From an uncultured Planctomycetia bacterium (lineage in GTDB: Bacteria > Omnitrophota > Gorgyraeia > S143-82): 64,000 bases of DNA. Location of the stretch: contig CAYXYY010000030.1 of assembly GCA_964469495.1 (NCBI GenBank), forward strand, positions 10,262 to 74,261. Direction: 5' to 3'. Below are positions 19,317 to 28,553 of the stretch, piece by piece. Made by a program: the position numbers and the translations under genes. Below the pieces are notes generated by a model. The model worked only from the letters and a program-made list of their open reading frames with translations. It was not told the origin of the DNA and made no database searches. Position 1 is the stretch's first letter. Each line of letters starts with the position of its first letter.

Positions 19317-19507
19317 TAATCCACCTTATAAAATCTATCCTGAGAACCATACGGCGAGATCTTAAACTCCACCTTCTTACAACACTTCGGGCAAAAACCG
19401 ACATATGCACTGCGGGCATTGTTTAAATAAATGCGCTGATAGACATTGCAACAGTCAAATATAATACCAATAAACGCGCGCTTTGACTTGGGCCTATGAC
19501 TATTCAT
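19316..19507 (-). CDS. Small Cys-rich protein (about 63 aa from the internal Met). It may be a FeoB-associated Cys-rich protein.
   Basis: The motifs DCC...CPKCC are present. It lies immediately upstream of the FeoAB-like gene on the same strand and overlaps the 3' end of panB. The coding call is uncertain. Confidence 0.25.
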   Translation of the reverse strand: MNSHRPKSKRAFIGIIFDCCNVYQRIYLNNARSAYVGFCPKCCKKVEFKISPYGSQDRFYKVD

Positions 19508-20294
19508 ATATGTTCTCTTCCTTAGGGAAATTCCCCTGCCTGACTTCTTCAACGTATTGAGAAACAGCGCTGTTATAAGCCTGCCATACGTCGCTATACG
19601 ATTTCACAAACTTGGGCCGAAACTTATCAAACGCGCCGACAACATCGTCAAACACAAGGACCTGTCCATCAGTATAACGTCCGGCGCCGATCCCTATAAC
19701 AGGTATAGCAAGCTGTTCACTAATACGCCTGCCAAGTTGTTCAGGCACACATTCAAGCACTAATGAGAAACATCCCGCCTCCTGCAATCGCACGGCCTCT
19801 TCTAGCAATGCATCCTGCGAGGCATCGTCTCTGCCCTGCACCTTAAATCCGGATCGATTAACAAGGCTCTGTGGAGTAAGCCCGATATGGCCCATAACCT
19901 CTATGCCGATATCCCTCATTGCCTTTACGTCATCAATAATCTTGGGATTTGCGCCTTCCAATTTTACAGCATTTGCCCTGCCCTGCTGTAAAAATCTAAT
20001 CGCGTTTTTAACGCTCTCTTCAGCAAGCACGCCATAAGAACCAAAAGGCATATCTGCAACAACAAAGCTCTCCTGCGCGCCCTGCCTTACAGCTGAAACA
20101 AACAACAACATCTCATCCACGCTTATAGGAATAGTGGACGGCCTTCCTAAAAACGTCATAGCAAGAGAATCCCCGACAAGGATAATGTCAACCCCGTTTT
20201 CCTCGCAGGCCATCGCCGTCGGCGCGCTATAGGCCGTGAGCATCACAATAGGCTCTTTGCCCTTTTTATCTTGTATGAAATTCACATTCCGCAT
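19500..20294 (-). CDS. panB: 3-methyl-2-oxobutanoate hydroxymethyltransferase (ketopantoate hydroxymethyltransferase).
   Basis: IVMLTAYSAPTAMACEENGVDIILVGDSLAMTFLG is the conserved PanB N-terminal region. 264 aa. Confidence 0.9.
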   Translation of the reverse strand: MRNVNFIQDKKGKEPIVMLTAYSAPTAMACEENGVDIILVGDSLAMTFLGRPSTIPISVDEMLLFVSAVRQGAQESFVVADMPFGSYGVLAEESVKNAIRFLQQGRANAVKLEGANPKIIDDVKAMRDIGIEVMGHIGLTPQSLVNRSGFKVQGRDDASQDALLEEAVRLQEAGCFSLVLECVPEQLGRRISEQLAIPVIGIGAGRYTDGQVLVFDDVVGAFDKFRPKFVKSYSDVWQAYNSAVSQYVEEVRQGNFPKEENIYE

Positions 20295-20911
20295 ATTAAC
20301 CTCATTAAAAACTCCATCATAGGATATAGAATATACACAAAAAACCCTGAAAACAACAAAAGCAACAGCACAATCGTGCCATAACGCGCAATCTGCATAT
20401 ACCGCTTGTACAATGCATCTGGCATAAACAATCCCGCAATAGATGCCCCGTCAAGCGGGGGAACAGGCATCAGATTGAACGCAGCCAATAACAGATTTAT
20501 TTTAAGCCCATATACGGCTATAATCAAGACATAAGGATTTTGGGAGAAAGTTCGCATCACAAGGCAGGAGATCATTGCTAACAACAGGTTTGCCAAAGGC
20601 CCTGCCAATGCGCATAACGCCATTGCTATGCGCGGATTTTGCAGTTTTGTAAATTTTAAAGGATTTACAGGCACGGGTAATGCCCATGCAAACAAAACAG
20701 GGCTGTGCGTTATATAAAGCAAAAAAGGTACAAGTAAGGTTCCAACAGGATGCACGTGTTTTATTGGATTCAGCGATAATCTTCCGGCCTTTGCGGCGGT
20801 ATCATCACCAAGCCAAAAGGCAGCAATACCGTGGGCGATCTCATGCAGGATTATGGAATATATAAGAACAAGGATAACAAGCGCCCAGAAAACAACACCG
20901 GAAGCAGGCAT
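20282..20911 (-). CDS. Site-2 protease family (peptidase M50) membrane zinc metalloprotease.
   Basis: HEIAHGIAA HExxH motif inside a transmembrane helix. Multiple TM segments. 209 aa. Confidence 0.8.
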   Translation of the reverse strand: MPASGVVFWALVILVLIYSIILHEIAHGIAAFWLGDDTAAKAGRLSLNPIKHVHPVGTLLVPFLLYITHSPVLFAWALPVPVNPLKFTKLQNPRIAMALCALAGPLANLLLAMISCLVMRTFSQNPYVLIIAVYGLKINLLLAAFNLMPVPPLDGASIAGLFMPDALYKRYMQIARYGTIVLLLLLFSGFFVYILYPMMEFLMRLICGM

Positions 20912-20912
20912 A

Positions 20913-21305
20913 TCAATCCCCGGCCTGTTTCACAATATCATAGGCAATCTTTACAGCAATGTCTGTATCAGGGATAAGTTTGGCTGTCTTACGCGCCTGC
21001 ACGGTCAAAAACGCCTTGCCATTACTGTTATCCTTTACATCCACCTCCACATAATATTTCCCAAATATCTTTTCTGCATAAATATGCATAGATTCTTCAT
21101 CCACCTCTTCAATCCTGCCGCGAGAACTGAGATAATCCAAGGCAGAATCAAATACCACAGCTGGCGACTTTTCAACAGGCAGATCAACAGAATCATTGCT
21201 TATCATAATCCCGCCTATAACCCCTGTCCCTAACAACATCGCGGCGCATCCGGACGAAAACAACACGGCCAAGACAAATAATAACCTAAATAAGACACCC
21301 CTCAT
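20913..21305 (-). CDS. Hypothetical lipoprotein.
   Basis: The signal peptide ends in the lipobox LFSSGC. 130 aa. Confidence 0.5.
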   Translation of the reverse strand: MRGVLFRLLFVLAVLFSSGCAAMLLGTGVIGGIMISNDSVDLPVEKSPAVVFDSALDYLSSRGRIEEVDEESMHIYAEKIFGKYYVEVDVKDNSNGKAFLTVQARKTAKLIPDTDIAVKIAYDIVKQAGD

Positions 21306-21314
21306 AATCCCCTC

Positions 21315-21815
21315 CTATGTGCTTAAAAAATCCCAATGTAAAACCTCAGACAAAGGCCTTTTTTCTTTTGAAACAGGTTCTCCCTCAGGATAACCAACAG
21401 CAATAACACTTATAAGGCGCAGTCCCCTGCTATTAACGAATCCTAAAACATCATCGCAGTAATCCTTTTTATCTCCTGCAATCCAGCATGCCCCTAACTG
21501 CAGGGCCGAAGCAGCAAGCAAAATATGCGCTGTCGCAGCAGAACCATCTTCAAGATAATACTTGGTATCCTTTGAAAGCACAACAATAGCAGCCGGAGCC
21601 GAAGCCAAAAACGCGCCATTGGGTTTTACAATATCGGCCAACTGCTTTATCCTATTGGTATCCGTGATAATAACAAACTCCCAAGGTTGTTCATTTCTCG
21701 CAGTTGGCGCAAGACGCGCGGAATCAACGAGCTTCACCAGCAAATCCCTTTCAACAGGTGCCTGTCTAAACTTGCGAACACTGCGCCTCTCTTTAACTGC
21801 CTCAAAAAAATCCAT
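21315..21815 (-). CDS. Nitroreductase-family protein.
   Basis: RRSVRKF...APTARNEQPWEFVIITD is the classic nitroreductase N-terminal FMN-binding motif. Confidence 0.8.
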   Translation of the reverse strand: MDFFEAVKERRSVRKFRQAPVERDLLVKLVDSARLAPTARNEQPWEFVIITDTNRIKQLADIVKPNGAFLASAPAAIVVLSKDTKYYLEDGSAATAHILLAASALQLGACWIAGDKKDYCDDVLGFVNSRGLRLISVIAVGYPEGEPVSKEKRPLSEVLHWDFLST

Positions 21816-22288
21816 TATCCCTTCCCCTTCCTGACATCGTCTCCAAACATCCCTTCCAATTCCCGCATAAACTGCCTAACGTCCTTAAACTGCCTGTAAA
21901 CCGAGGCAAACCTCACATATGCAACCTCATCCAATATAGCCAATTTGTCCATCACCATCTCGCCGATATCCTTTGAAGAGACCTCCATATCCGCCTTTGA
22001 ACGCAAGGCCTTTTCTATATCCTCCACAATCCGCTCTATTTTCTCAATACTGACAGGCCTTTTCTCACATGCCTTAATAATCCCTCCTATCACCTTATTT
22101 CTGTCAAAGGCCTCTCGCCTGCCGTCTCGTTTCGTCACAAATAATGGCGCAAGCTCAACATGCTCATATGTGGTAAACCTCTTGCCACAGGAAAGGCATT
22201 CTCTCCTTCGGCGGATAACCGTGCCATCGTCATTCTCACGAGAATCAACCACCTTATCAGAGACATCACCGCAATAAGGGCAACGCAT
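21815..22288 (-). CDS. nrdR: Transcriptional repressor NrdR.
   Basis: [42 protein letters not shown] is a zinc ribbon followed by an ATP-cone. The N-terminus is nearly universal among NrdR proteins. Confidence 0.9.
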   Translation of the reverse strand: MRCPYCGDVSDKVVDSRENDDGTVIRRRRECLSCGKRFTTYEHVELAPLFVTKRDGRREAFDRNKVIGGIIKACEKRPVSIEKIERIVEDIEKALRSKADMEVSSKDIGEMVMDKLAILDEVAYVRFASVYRQFKDVRQFMRELEGMFGDDVRKGKG

Positions 22289-22290
22289 AC

Positions 22291-22746
22291 CTATTCACCA
22301 TCCTTTACATCTACCTTTCTCACCAAAATCTGCGCCTCGTTTAAAAACTCCTCGGCAAGTTCGTCCGGGTATCCCTCTGCAATCACAATTTCCTTGATGC
22401 CGGCATTAATCAACATCTTTGCGCATATAATACACGGTTGATTAGTCACATACATCACACTGCCCTTTAAACTAACGCCATGAAGAGCCGCTTGAATAAT
22501 GGCATTCTGCTCGGCATGGAGCCCTCGGCAAAGCTCGTGTCTTTGCCCGGAAGGCACGTTGAGCTTTTCCCTGAGGCACCCGGTTTCACTACAATGCCTA
22601 ATCCCTGAAGGCGCGCCATTATAACCACTTGCCAGAATATGCTTATCCTTGACAGCCACAGCACCTACTTTTCTGCGCAAGCAGGTTGAACGTTGCCTTA
22701 CCAAAAATGCAATTCGCATAAAATATTCATCCCAGCTAGGACGCAC
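22291..22746 (-). CDS. dCMP deaminase (ComEB-like cytidine/deoxycytidylate deaminase).
   Basis: HAEQNAI...[14 protein letters not shown] zinc-binding H(A)E and PCxxC motifs. 151 aa. Confidence 0.85.
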   Translation of the reverse strand: MRPSWDEYFMRIAFLVRQRSTCLRRKVGAVAVKDKHILASGYNGAPSGIRHCSETGCLREKLNVPSGQRHELCRGLHAEQNAIIQAALHGVSLKGSVMYVTNQPCIICAKMLINAGIKEIVIAEGYPDELAEEFLNEAQILVRKVDVKDGE

Positions 22747-23800
22747 TTAAACCAAACCTCCTCTTTAATGCCGCAGATGCAAACACATCATCAAATGCAT
22801 CTATCACATCCTGAACAGATATGTTTTGCAGGCAAATAAAACCCTTCCTGCACTTATGAGCAAGACAAACCTCACAAGTTGCCTTGTGCAAAACAGCCTT
22901 ATTGCTCGTCAAAGGAGCCCAACGCTGGGGCGAAAGCCCCGAGTCATTTCTGCCAAATATAACCACACATGCCAATCCCAAGGCAGCCGCAATATGCACA
23001 GGCCCGCTGTCATTTGAGATTATGATATCGCACCCAGACAATATTTCAACCGTTTCTTTGAGGCTTACCCCTGTTTTGTCCAAAACAAAACCATATTCTT
23101 CCGTTTGTTGCAGGATCATTTTGGCATTAGTGGCCTCGTTTTTATCACCTATCAAGATTACATCCAACTCTCTGCCTAACAAAACCTTTATAACCTCAAT
23201 GAAATTTTCTATCGGCCAACGTTTGGAAGGGCAACTCGCTCCTGTATGAACAGCAATGATAGGCCTTTCATTGCGAAAAGTCCTGCCCGGCACATTTAAT
23301 CTTGGTTCAGGCCTTTTCCACTTAGCAATCTCTAACATCGGCAAAAACAACATATTATATTGCGCTTCATGCATAAGGCCGTAACGCTTGGTATCCTCTA
23401 TCGTATTGGTTAAGAAAAACCTGCCACCTTTTACAGCCCACCCATAACGCCTTTTAATCCTGGACAAAAACAAAAGCAGATGCAGGCGAAAATTTGAATT
23501 TAAGGCAATCACCACATCAAACTCTTGGGATTTCAACTGCCTTGCAAAAGAAAAGAGATTGGACAGCTTCTTCATCTCCCTTTTATCATATACGAAAAAC
23601 CCGTCATTGGGTTCAACAAATTCCATCAACGGCCTATTAATAGGCGCAATGAGCCAGTATATCTTTGCATCAGGATAAGCCTGTCTTATCTCCTTGGCAA
23701 ATGGAATAGACAAAATAAAATCGCCTATTCTATCAGTCCTGCAAATGAGAATCCTTTTTAACTGCCCCATAACTCCCCTTATAATAAAAATTGGCCGCAT
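22736..23800 (-). CDS. Glycosyltransferase family 9 (ADP-heptose:LPS heptosyltransferase-like).
   Basis: [17 protein letters not shown]-terminus and a GT-B C-terminal half ([16 protein letters not shown]). 354 aa. Confidence 0.8.
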   Translation of the reverse strand: MRPIFIIRGVMGQLKRILICRTDRIGDFILSIPFAKEIRQAYPDAKIYWLIAPINRPLMEFVEPNDGFFVYDKREMKKLSNLFSFARQLKSQEFDVVIALNSNFRLHLLLFLSRIKRRYGWAVKGGRFFLTNTIEDTKRYGLMHEAQYNMLFLPMLEIAKWKRPEPRLNVPGRTFRNERPIIAVHTGASCPSKRWPIENFIEVIKVLLGRELDVILIGDKNEATNAKMILQQTEEYGFVLDKTGVSLKETVEILSGCDIIISNDSGPVHIAAALGLACVVIFGRNDSGLSPQRWAPLTSNKAVLHKATCEVCLAHKCRKGFICLQNISVQDVIDAFDDVFASAALKRRFGLSAS

Positions 23801-23900
23801 TAATTATACCACATAAAACCATAAGCCCAAACTTATGAGTATATAGGATTTATTTGCAAGAATAATATCCCTATAACTATATAAGTAACATAAATTTGTG

Positions 23901-23928
23901 TTGACAAGTCATTACAATTGGTTATAGT
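23901..23928 (+). promoter_or_regulatory. Sigma70-like promoter for the pseudopilin operon: TTGACA, a 16-nt spacer, then TATAGT. An AGGAGG RBS lies at 23941-23946.
   Basis: Seen directly, 22 nt upstream of the ATG at 23950. The -35 is a perfect consensus. Confidence 0.45.
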
Positions 23929-23949
23929 TTTAAGTAAACAGGAGGCCGG

Positions 23950-24522
23950 ATGCAAAAGTGGTTATACGCAGATAAAAAGGGATTTTCCCTAATCGAGGTA
24001 TTGATTGCAACTACGATACTTGCTATATCCATAGTTGCAGGATTAACTGCGTATATCAGTGGAGAGAAATACGTCAAAGCGGCCAGGACGCGGGATGCCG
24101 CTTATATGATCCTAACGCAGGAAGCGGAAGAACTGCTTTCTATGGACTTTAATTATTTATCAGGGCAAAGTTACTACAGTTTTTCTTTTGACGGAACAGG
24201 GGCGAACCTTAATAAAACAGGAAGCAATGTCATCATTTCTTGTGATCCGAATGACCTGCTTTCAAACGCCCCATACAAGGCCGCTCACTTTGACCCGCAT
24301 GGCCTGAAAGGCGCTATTAGGGTTTATATCAGCAAGGTTAATGGATCAAATGACAACCTGCTCGATGTCAAGATAGTCCTGTGTTATCAAATAGACAACG
24401 TGATTGTAGGCGAAGATAAAAATCTAAATGGATCATTAGAGATCGTGGAAGATAGTGATAGTGATGGCGAGATAGATTCTCCATTGACATTGAATATGTC
24501 CATATCAAGGATAGGCGTATGA
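23950..24522 (+). CDS. Prepilin-type N-terminal cleavage/methylation domain protein (pseudopilin or minor pilin, 190 aa).
   Basis: KKGFSLIEVLIATTILAISIVAGL class III signal. Confidence 0.7.
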   Translation: MQKWLYADKKGFSLIEVLIATTILAISIVAGLTAYISGEKYVKAARTRDAAYMILTQEAEELLSMDFNYLSGQSYYSFSFDGTGANLNKTGSNVIISCDPNDLLSNAPYKAAHFDPHGLKGAIRVYISKVNGSNDNLLDVKIVLCYQIDNVIVGEDKNLNGSLEIVEDSDSDGEIDSPLTLNMSISRIGV

Positions 24523-25130
24523 GAAAAGAGCAGGGATTTACATTAGTAGAACTTCTGATAGCTATGGCAATCGCCGTGATCATTGCCGGCGGGTTTCTTG
24601 CCGCTGGTATGCTTATGATACGGGGGACTAATTCCACAAACCAAAAGATACAGATTCAATACGAGTTTGATAGGACATGCCATGATATTTATAACCTGTT
24701 AATCAATACAGACAAAAGCCATATCAATCAGATTATCACAACGTCTCCCGCTCCCGATGCAATAGGAACAGGTATTATATTTCAGATCCCAACAATAGAC
24801 ACAAATGGATCTTTCACAACAAGTTCAGGTATATTAGTTTGGGGAGATGGACAGACTAAAAACCATTACATACGCATAAGACAGGATGAAAACAATGATG
24901 TTGTGATGGAAAAAATTACTAGTCTCTCTGGCCCTACAATAGTGGAGAAGAAAATCTTGATAAAAGACTGTTCAATGCAAATAAGGGGCGCTTTTATCAA
25001 CAACAGCGGGGCATTGGAATACAACAACGCGACTCCTTCTATACTGGACATCTCTTTTGAAAAACAGGATAAATACTTCACAAATCAGAAATACAAAAAA
25101 CACATCCATATTACGCTGAGAGTGCACTAA
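24519..25130 (+). CDS. Prepilin-type N-terminal cleavage/methylation domain protein (pseudopilin or minor pilin, 203 aa).
   Basis: EQGFTLVELLIAMAIAVIIAGGF class III signal. Its start overlaps the stop of the upstream pseudopilin. Confidence 0.7.
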   Translation: MRKEQGFTLVELLIAMAIAVIIAGGFLAAGMLMIRGTNSTNQKIQIQYEFDRTCHDIYNLLINTDKSHINQIITTSPAPDAIGTGIIFQIPTIDTNGSFTTSSGILVWGDGQTKNHYIRIRQDENNDVVMEKITSLSGPTIVEKKILIKDCSMQIRGAFINNSGALEYNNATPSILDISFEKQDKYFTNQKYKKHIHITLRVH

Positions 25131-26184
25131 TCAGGATTTATTCCCAGCGGAAAGCTCATCCAATATCCTTGAGGTGTATGGCAATGTGCACTTGTTGCAA
25201 ATGGCCATCTTTCTATAATTGCCTTCCCAATGCCATCTACGCATCTTCTCGTATTCCTCTCCATGCCAGATTTCATACAAGCTGTCTGTTTTTGCATTTC
25301 CAAGTTTTAAGGACACATCTAAATCTCCGCAACAAGGCGTTATTGTGCCATCCCATATAACAAACATCCTCTGCCATAATTGAGCGCATACAAAATCGTC
25401 TTCCGAGCCGTCTACCTTGGCAATATAGCGGTTATCCGCCTCTTTATCCTCGCCAAGATAATTGACATAATTCACAAACGTAACAAGATCAACTTTATCT
25501 TTCCAAAAATCATAGAATTCATCCACCTCGTCAAGGTTCTCTTTCATCTTCACCATTGACACGCGCACACAAGGCTTTCTCATTCCTTTTCTGTCGCGCA
25601 ACGCAACAAAATCCTCGACATTCCTCACGACCTCTTCAAAAACAGCTCCAACCCTTATCTGCTCGTACCTTTCCTTTTTTATCGAATCAAAGGATATAAT
25701 TATTCTATCTATGCCGGCATCCAAAACCCTTTCAGCCAAATCGCCCTTTAACAGGACACCATTTGTGTTAAATTGCACGTCAACAACTCCATTGTTTTTC
25801 GCGTATTTAATCATCTCCGGCAACTGCTTATGTAATAGGGGCTCGCCTGTGTAATTTAATTTCACTGCGTAAAGCCCATATTTGGCCCCTTCGTCTATTA
25901 TCTTCTTGTAAAGATCAAAATCCATAAAACCAAGCCTGTCCTTGTGTTTTGAGTCAAAATCCACCAGCGTCCTATAACACATAGGGCACTTCAAATTACA
26001 AAACGACGTGCTTTCCAGATCCAGATTTAAAGGGAATTCAGGGACATCACCCTTTTGTGGAAGTTCATTCCACAACCTACGGTATTCTTTATAACGATCT
26101 CCTAGGGCATCTTCACAAGGAAGCCATTCCACGTCCTTGACTTCCTCATATGTTGGATTGATTTTCACTTTTTTTTCCGCCATA
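25131..26184 (-). CDS. Radical SAM enzyme with a C-terminal Cys-rich partial-SPASM or twitch-like domain (about 351 aa from MAEKK).
   Basis: The CNLKCPMC CxxxCxxC radical SAM cluster lies about 70 aa from the N-terminus. C-terminal cysteines follow: C...CCGD...CNKC. The likely start is the ATG at 26182-26184, with a GAGGGGGA RBS. The ORF extension to 26261 is rejected. Confidence 0.7.
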
Positions 26185-26418
26185 CATCCCCCTCTACAAT
26201 TTATTGACATCAAAAAGGACCGCCTTGCCGTGGAATAGACATAGCCTGAACCCCAAAACAAAGTGGGAACTCGCCTTATGCCCCACGGGACACAAGGACG
26301 ACAGTCCCCTGTTTCAAGGTGTTGGTTCAGCTACGTGCCTATACCTCACGAACAAGGCAGTACCCATTACTAATAATAACAAAACCCGGATAAAAAGGCA
26401 ATCTTTATAAAAAGCGAT

Positions 26419-27474
26419 TTATCTTATGTAAACAAACGCGCCTTTTCTTTTTATTTCCCCGTTCAATTCCAGTTTCATCAACTCCTTCAATACATACGAG
26501 GCATCTTTTTGCAAAGCGAGACATATTTCTTCCACATCAAGACGGCATTTTTTATTTAACAATTTTAGTATGGGATGTGGATTTCCATTATACTTATCAA
26601 TTATATATTCTCTTTCTCTTTGATTTTTTAACACAGCGGTCTTTCTATTTATTCCCATACTCAACAAGACATCTTCAACCGACAAAAGAGGGATTGCGCC
26701 GTCAAATATCAGCTTATTGCTACCCATAGAATTAACAGCATTTATCTGCCCGGGAAGACTAAACACATCTCTGCCCAAATCAAGACTAAATCCGGCGGTA
26801 ATCAAAGCGCCGCTCCTTTTGCCCGCCTCCATTACCAACAGCACCTCTGATAAGGCGCTTATTATGCGATTTCTGCGAGGAAAGTTATATCTCATCGGCG
26901 GAACAAACGGCGGATATTCGCTGATTACAACGCCTCCTAGGCCTATTATGCGTTCGCTTAATGCCCTGTTTTGCTTTGGATACATATCGGCCAAACCACT
27001 GCCAATAACAGCAGCGGTAATGCCGCCTGCCTTTAACGCGCCTTTATGCGCATACGTATCTATTCCTATTGCAAGTCCGCTAATGACTGATATGTTCAAC
27101 TGCGCCAGTTCATATGCAAAACTCTGCGCGGCATTCAATCCATAGGCGCTTGCCCTGCGCGAGCCAACTATACCGACTCGTCTGCTATTATTTAATCTGC
27201 TCACATCACCCTCCACAAACAATACAATCGGCGCATCTTGAAGGTCCAATAAGGCCTCCGGATATGCCTTATCCCAGATGCTTATCAGACTAACATCGTT
27301 ATTCTCTATAAATGACCTTGCTTTCTCAAATTCATCGCTGTTTCTAATTTTTTCAATCTTTTCTCTATATAAACCAAAAAACTCCTGCGCGGAAGAACAA
27401 GAACGGGCCTGTTTTACGGCCTTTTTTTTATCATACAAAAAGGCTATACCCAATTTTAATGAAAGGATATCCAT
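26419..27474 (-). CDS. dprA: DNA-processing protein DprA (Smf).
   Basis: Rossmann-like DprA core with IVSGLAIGIDTYAHKGAL and a C-terminal winged-helix-like tail. 351 aa. Confidence 0.85.
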   Translation of the reverse strand: MDILSLKLGIAFLYDKKKAVKQARSCSSAQEFFGLYREKIEKIRNSDEFEKARSFIENNDVSLISIWDKAYPEALLDLQDAPIVLFVEGDVSRLNNSRRVGIVGSRRASAYGLNAAQSFAYELAQLNISVISGLAIGIDTYAHKGALKAGGITAAVIGSGLADMYPKQNRALSERIIGLGGVVISEYPPFVPPMRYNFPRRNRIISALSEVLLVMEAGKRSGALITAGFSLDLGRDVFSLPGQINAVNSMGSNKLIFDGAIPLLSVEDVLLSMGINRKTAVLKNQREREYIIDKYNGNPHPILKLLNKKCRLDVEEICLALQKDASYVLKELMKLELNGEIKRKGAFVYIR

Positions 27475-27478
27475 AGCA

Positions 27479-28552
27479 TTACTGGCTCATTACTTGCGTC
27501 AATGTAAATAAAGGCAAGAACATTGCTATGACAATAAAACCAACCATTAATCCCATAAAAACTATGAGAAACGGCTCTAATATAGACGTCAACGATCCAA
27601 CCAATACATCTATCTCATCATCAAATGTCTGCGCTATCTCCATAAGCATAGACGGCAGGTTTCCGGTCTCCTCACCGACACTTACCATTTCAACAAAAAG
27701 AGGGACAAAGACTTTCGGATTAGATCTCAAAAACGGCGTTATATTCTCTCCCTCTTCAACCAACAACGCCATCTGTCCTATTAAGGATTTGAACACCTGA
27801 TTATTAATCGTCTCTTTGACAACAGCTAATGCAGATAATATCGGCACGCCGCTTGCAAGCAGCGTCCCTAACATATGGGCAAAGACGCTCAAATAGAACT
27901 TTTTCAATAACGGCCCTATTACAGGCAATTTCAACACAAAATTATCAAACTTATACCTTAACGCCGGAACTTGCAACAGATAATTAAAACCCAATATCAA
28001 TAATGTTATTATGCCTATGCCTATATACCATTTGGACCTTATAAACGTTGAGACTGCCAATAAAAAGCGCGTTGGCCCCGGCAGGGCTTCTCCATATTCT
28101 GCAAACATCTTCATAAAAGATGGGACAACAAACGTCATTATAACCAATAAAATTATCAAAGCTATGGCCAAAATAAATGCAGGATACACAAATGCTGATA
28201 TCACTTTTCTCTTTGTCTTTTGCTGTTTTTCTAGAAAAACCGATAATCTGTGAAAGATCTCCTCCAGCGCGCCCCCCAATTCAGCCGCCTTGACCATATT
28301 AGTAAAATAATACGGAAAAACCTGTGGGAAGTTTTCCATTGCCCCTGACAACGGCTCGCCTTGTTCAACTTGCAAAGCAAGAGATGAAACTATCGCTTTC
28401 ATCTCATCATCGCTCATCTGGTCTGAAAGCGTTTTTAAGGCGCGAACCAACGGAATCCCAGACTTGAGCATTACATACAACTGGCGGGAAAAATAAACAA
28501 GCTGCCCTGAATGTCTTTTCCAGGGCAGCTTTATCCTGATATTGGAAAACAT
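27479..28552 (-). CDS. Type II secretion / type IV pilus platform protein (GspF/PilC/ComGB family).
   Basis: 357-aa polytopic protein with the GspF-family repeated cytoplasmic domain pattern, for example ...LSALAVVKETINN... The overall similarity fits. Confidence 0.75.
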   Translation of the reverse strand: MFSNIRIKLPWKRHSGQLVYFSRQLYVMLKSGIPLVRALKTLSDQMSDDEMKAIVSSLALQVEQGEPLSGAMENFPQVFPYYFTNMVKAAELGGALEEIFHRLSVFLEKQQKTKRKVISAFVYPAFILAIALIILLVIMTFVVPSFMKMFAEYGEALPGPTRFLLAVSTFIRSKWYIGIGIITLLILGFNYLLQVPALRYKFDNFVLKLPVIGPLLKKFYLSVFAHMLGTLLASGVPILSALAVVKETINNQVFKSLIGQMALLVEEGENITPFLRSNPKVFVPLFVEMVSVGEETGNLPSMLMEIAQTFDDEIDVLVGSLTSILEPFLIVFMGLMVGFIVIAMFLPLFTLTQVMSQ

Positions 28553-28553
28553 C

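Noticed and set aside
26185-26261. A 26-codon N-terminal extension of the radical SAM ORF (MFWGSGYVYSTARRSFLMSINCRGGC).
   Set aside because: The internal ATG at 26182-26184 has a good RBS (GAGGGGGA) and gives a typical radical SAM N-terminus. The extension is probably untranslated leader.
26204-26410. A 68-aa plus-strand ORF in the dprA-to-radical-SAM spacer. Also a search for a Cys-rich RiPP precursor peptide on the minus strand.
   Set aside because: The plus ORF is antisense to the operon, lacks an RBS and has no conserved features. Minus-strand mini-ORFs in the spacer (10-17 codons) lack cysteines and RBSs. So no precursor peptide can be supported from sequence alone.
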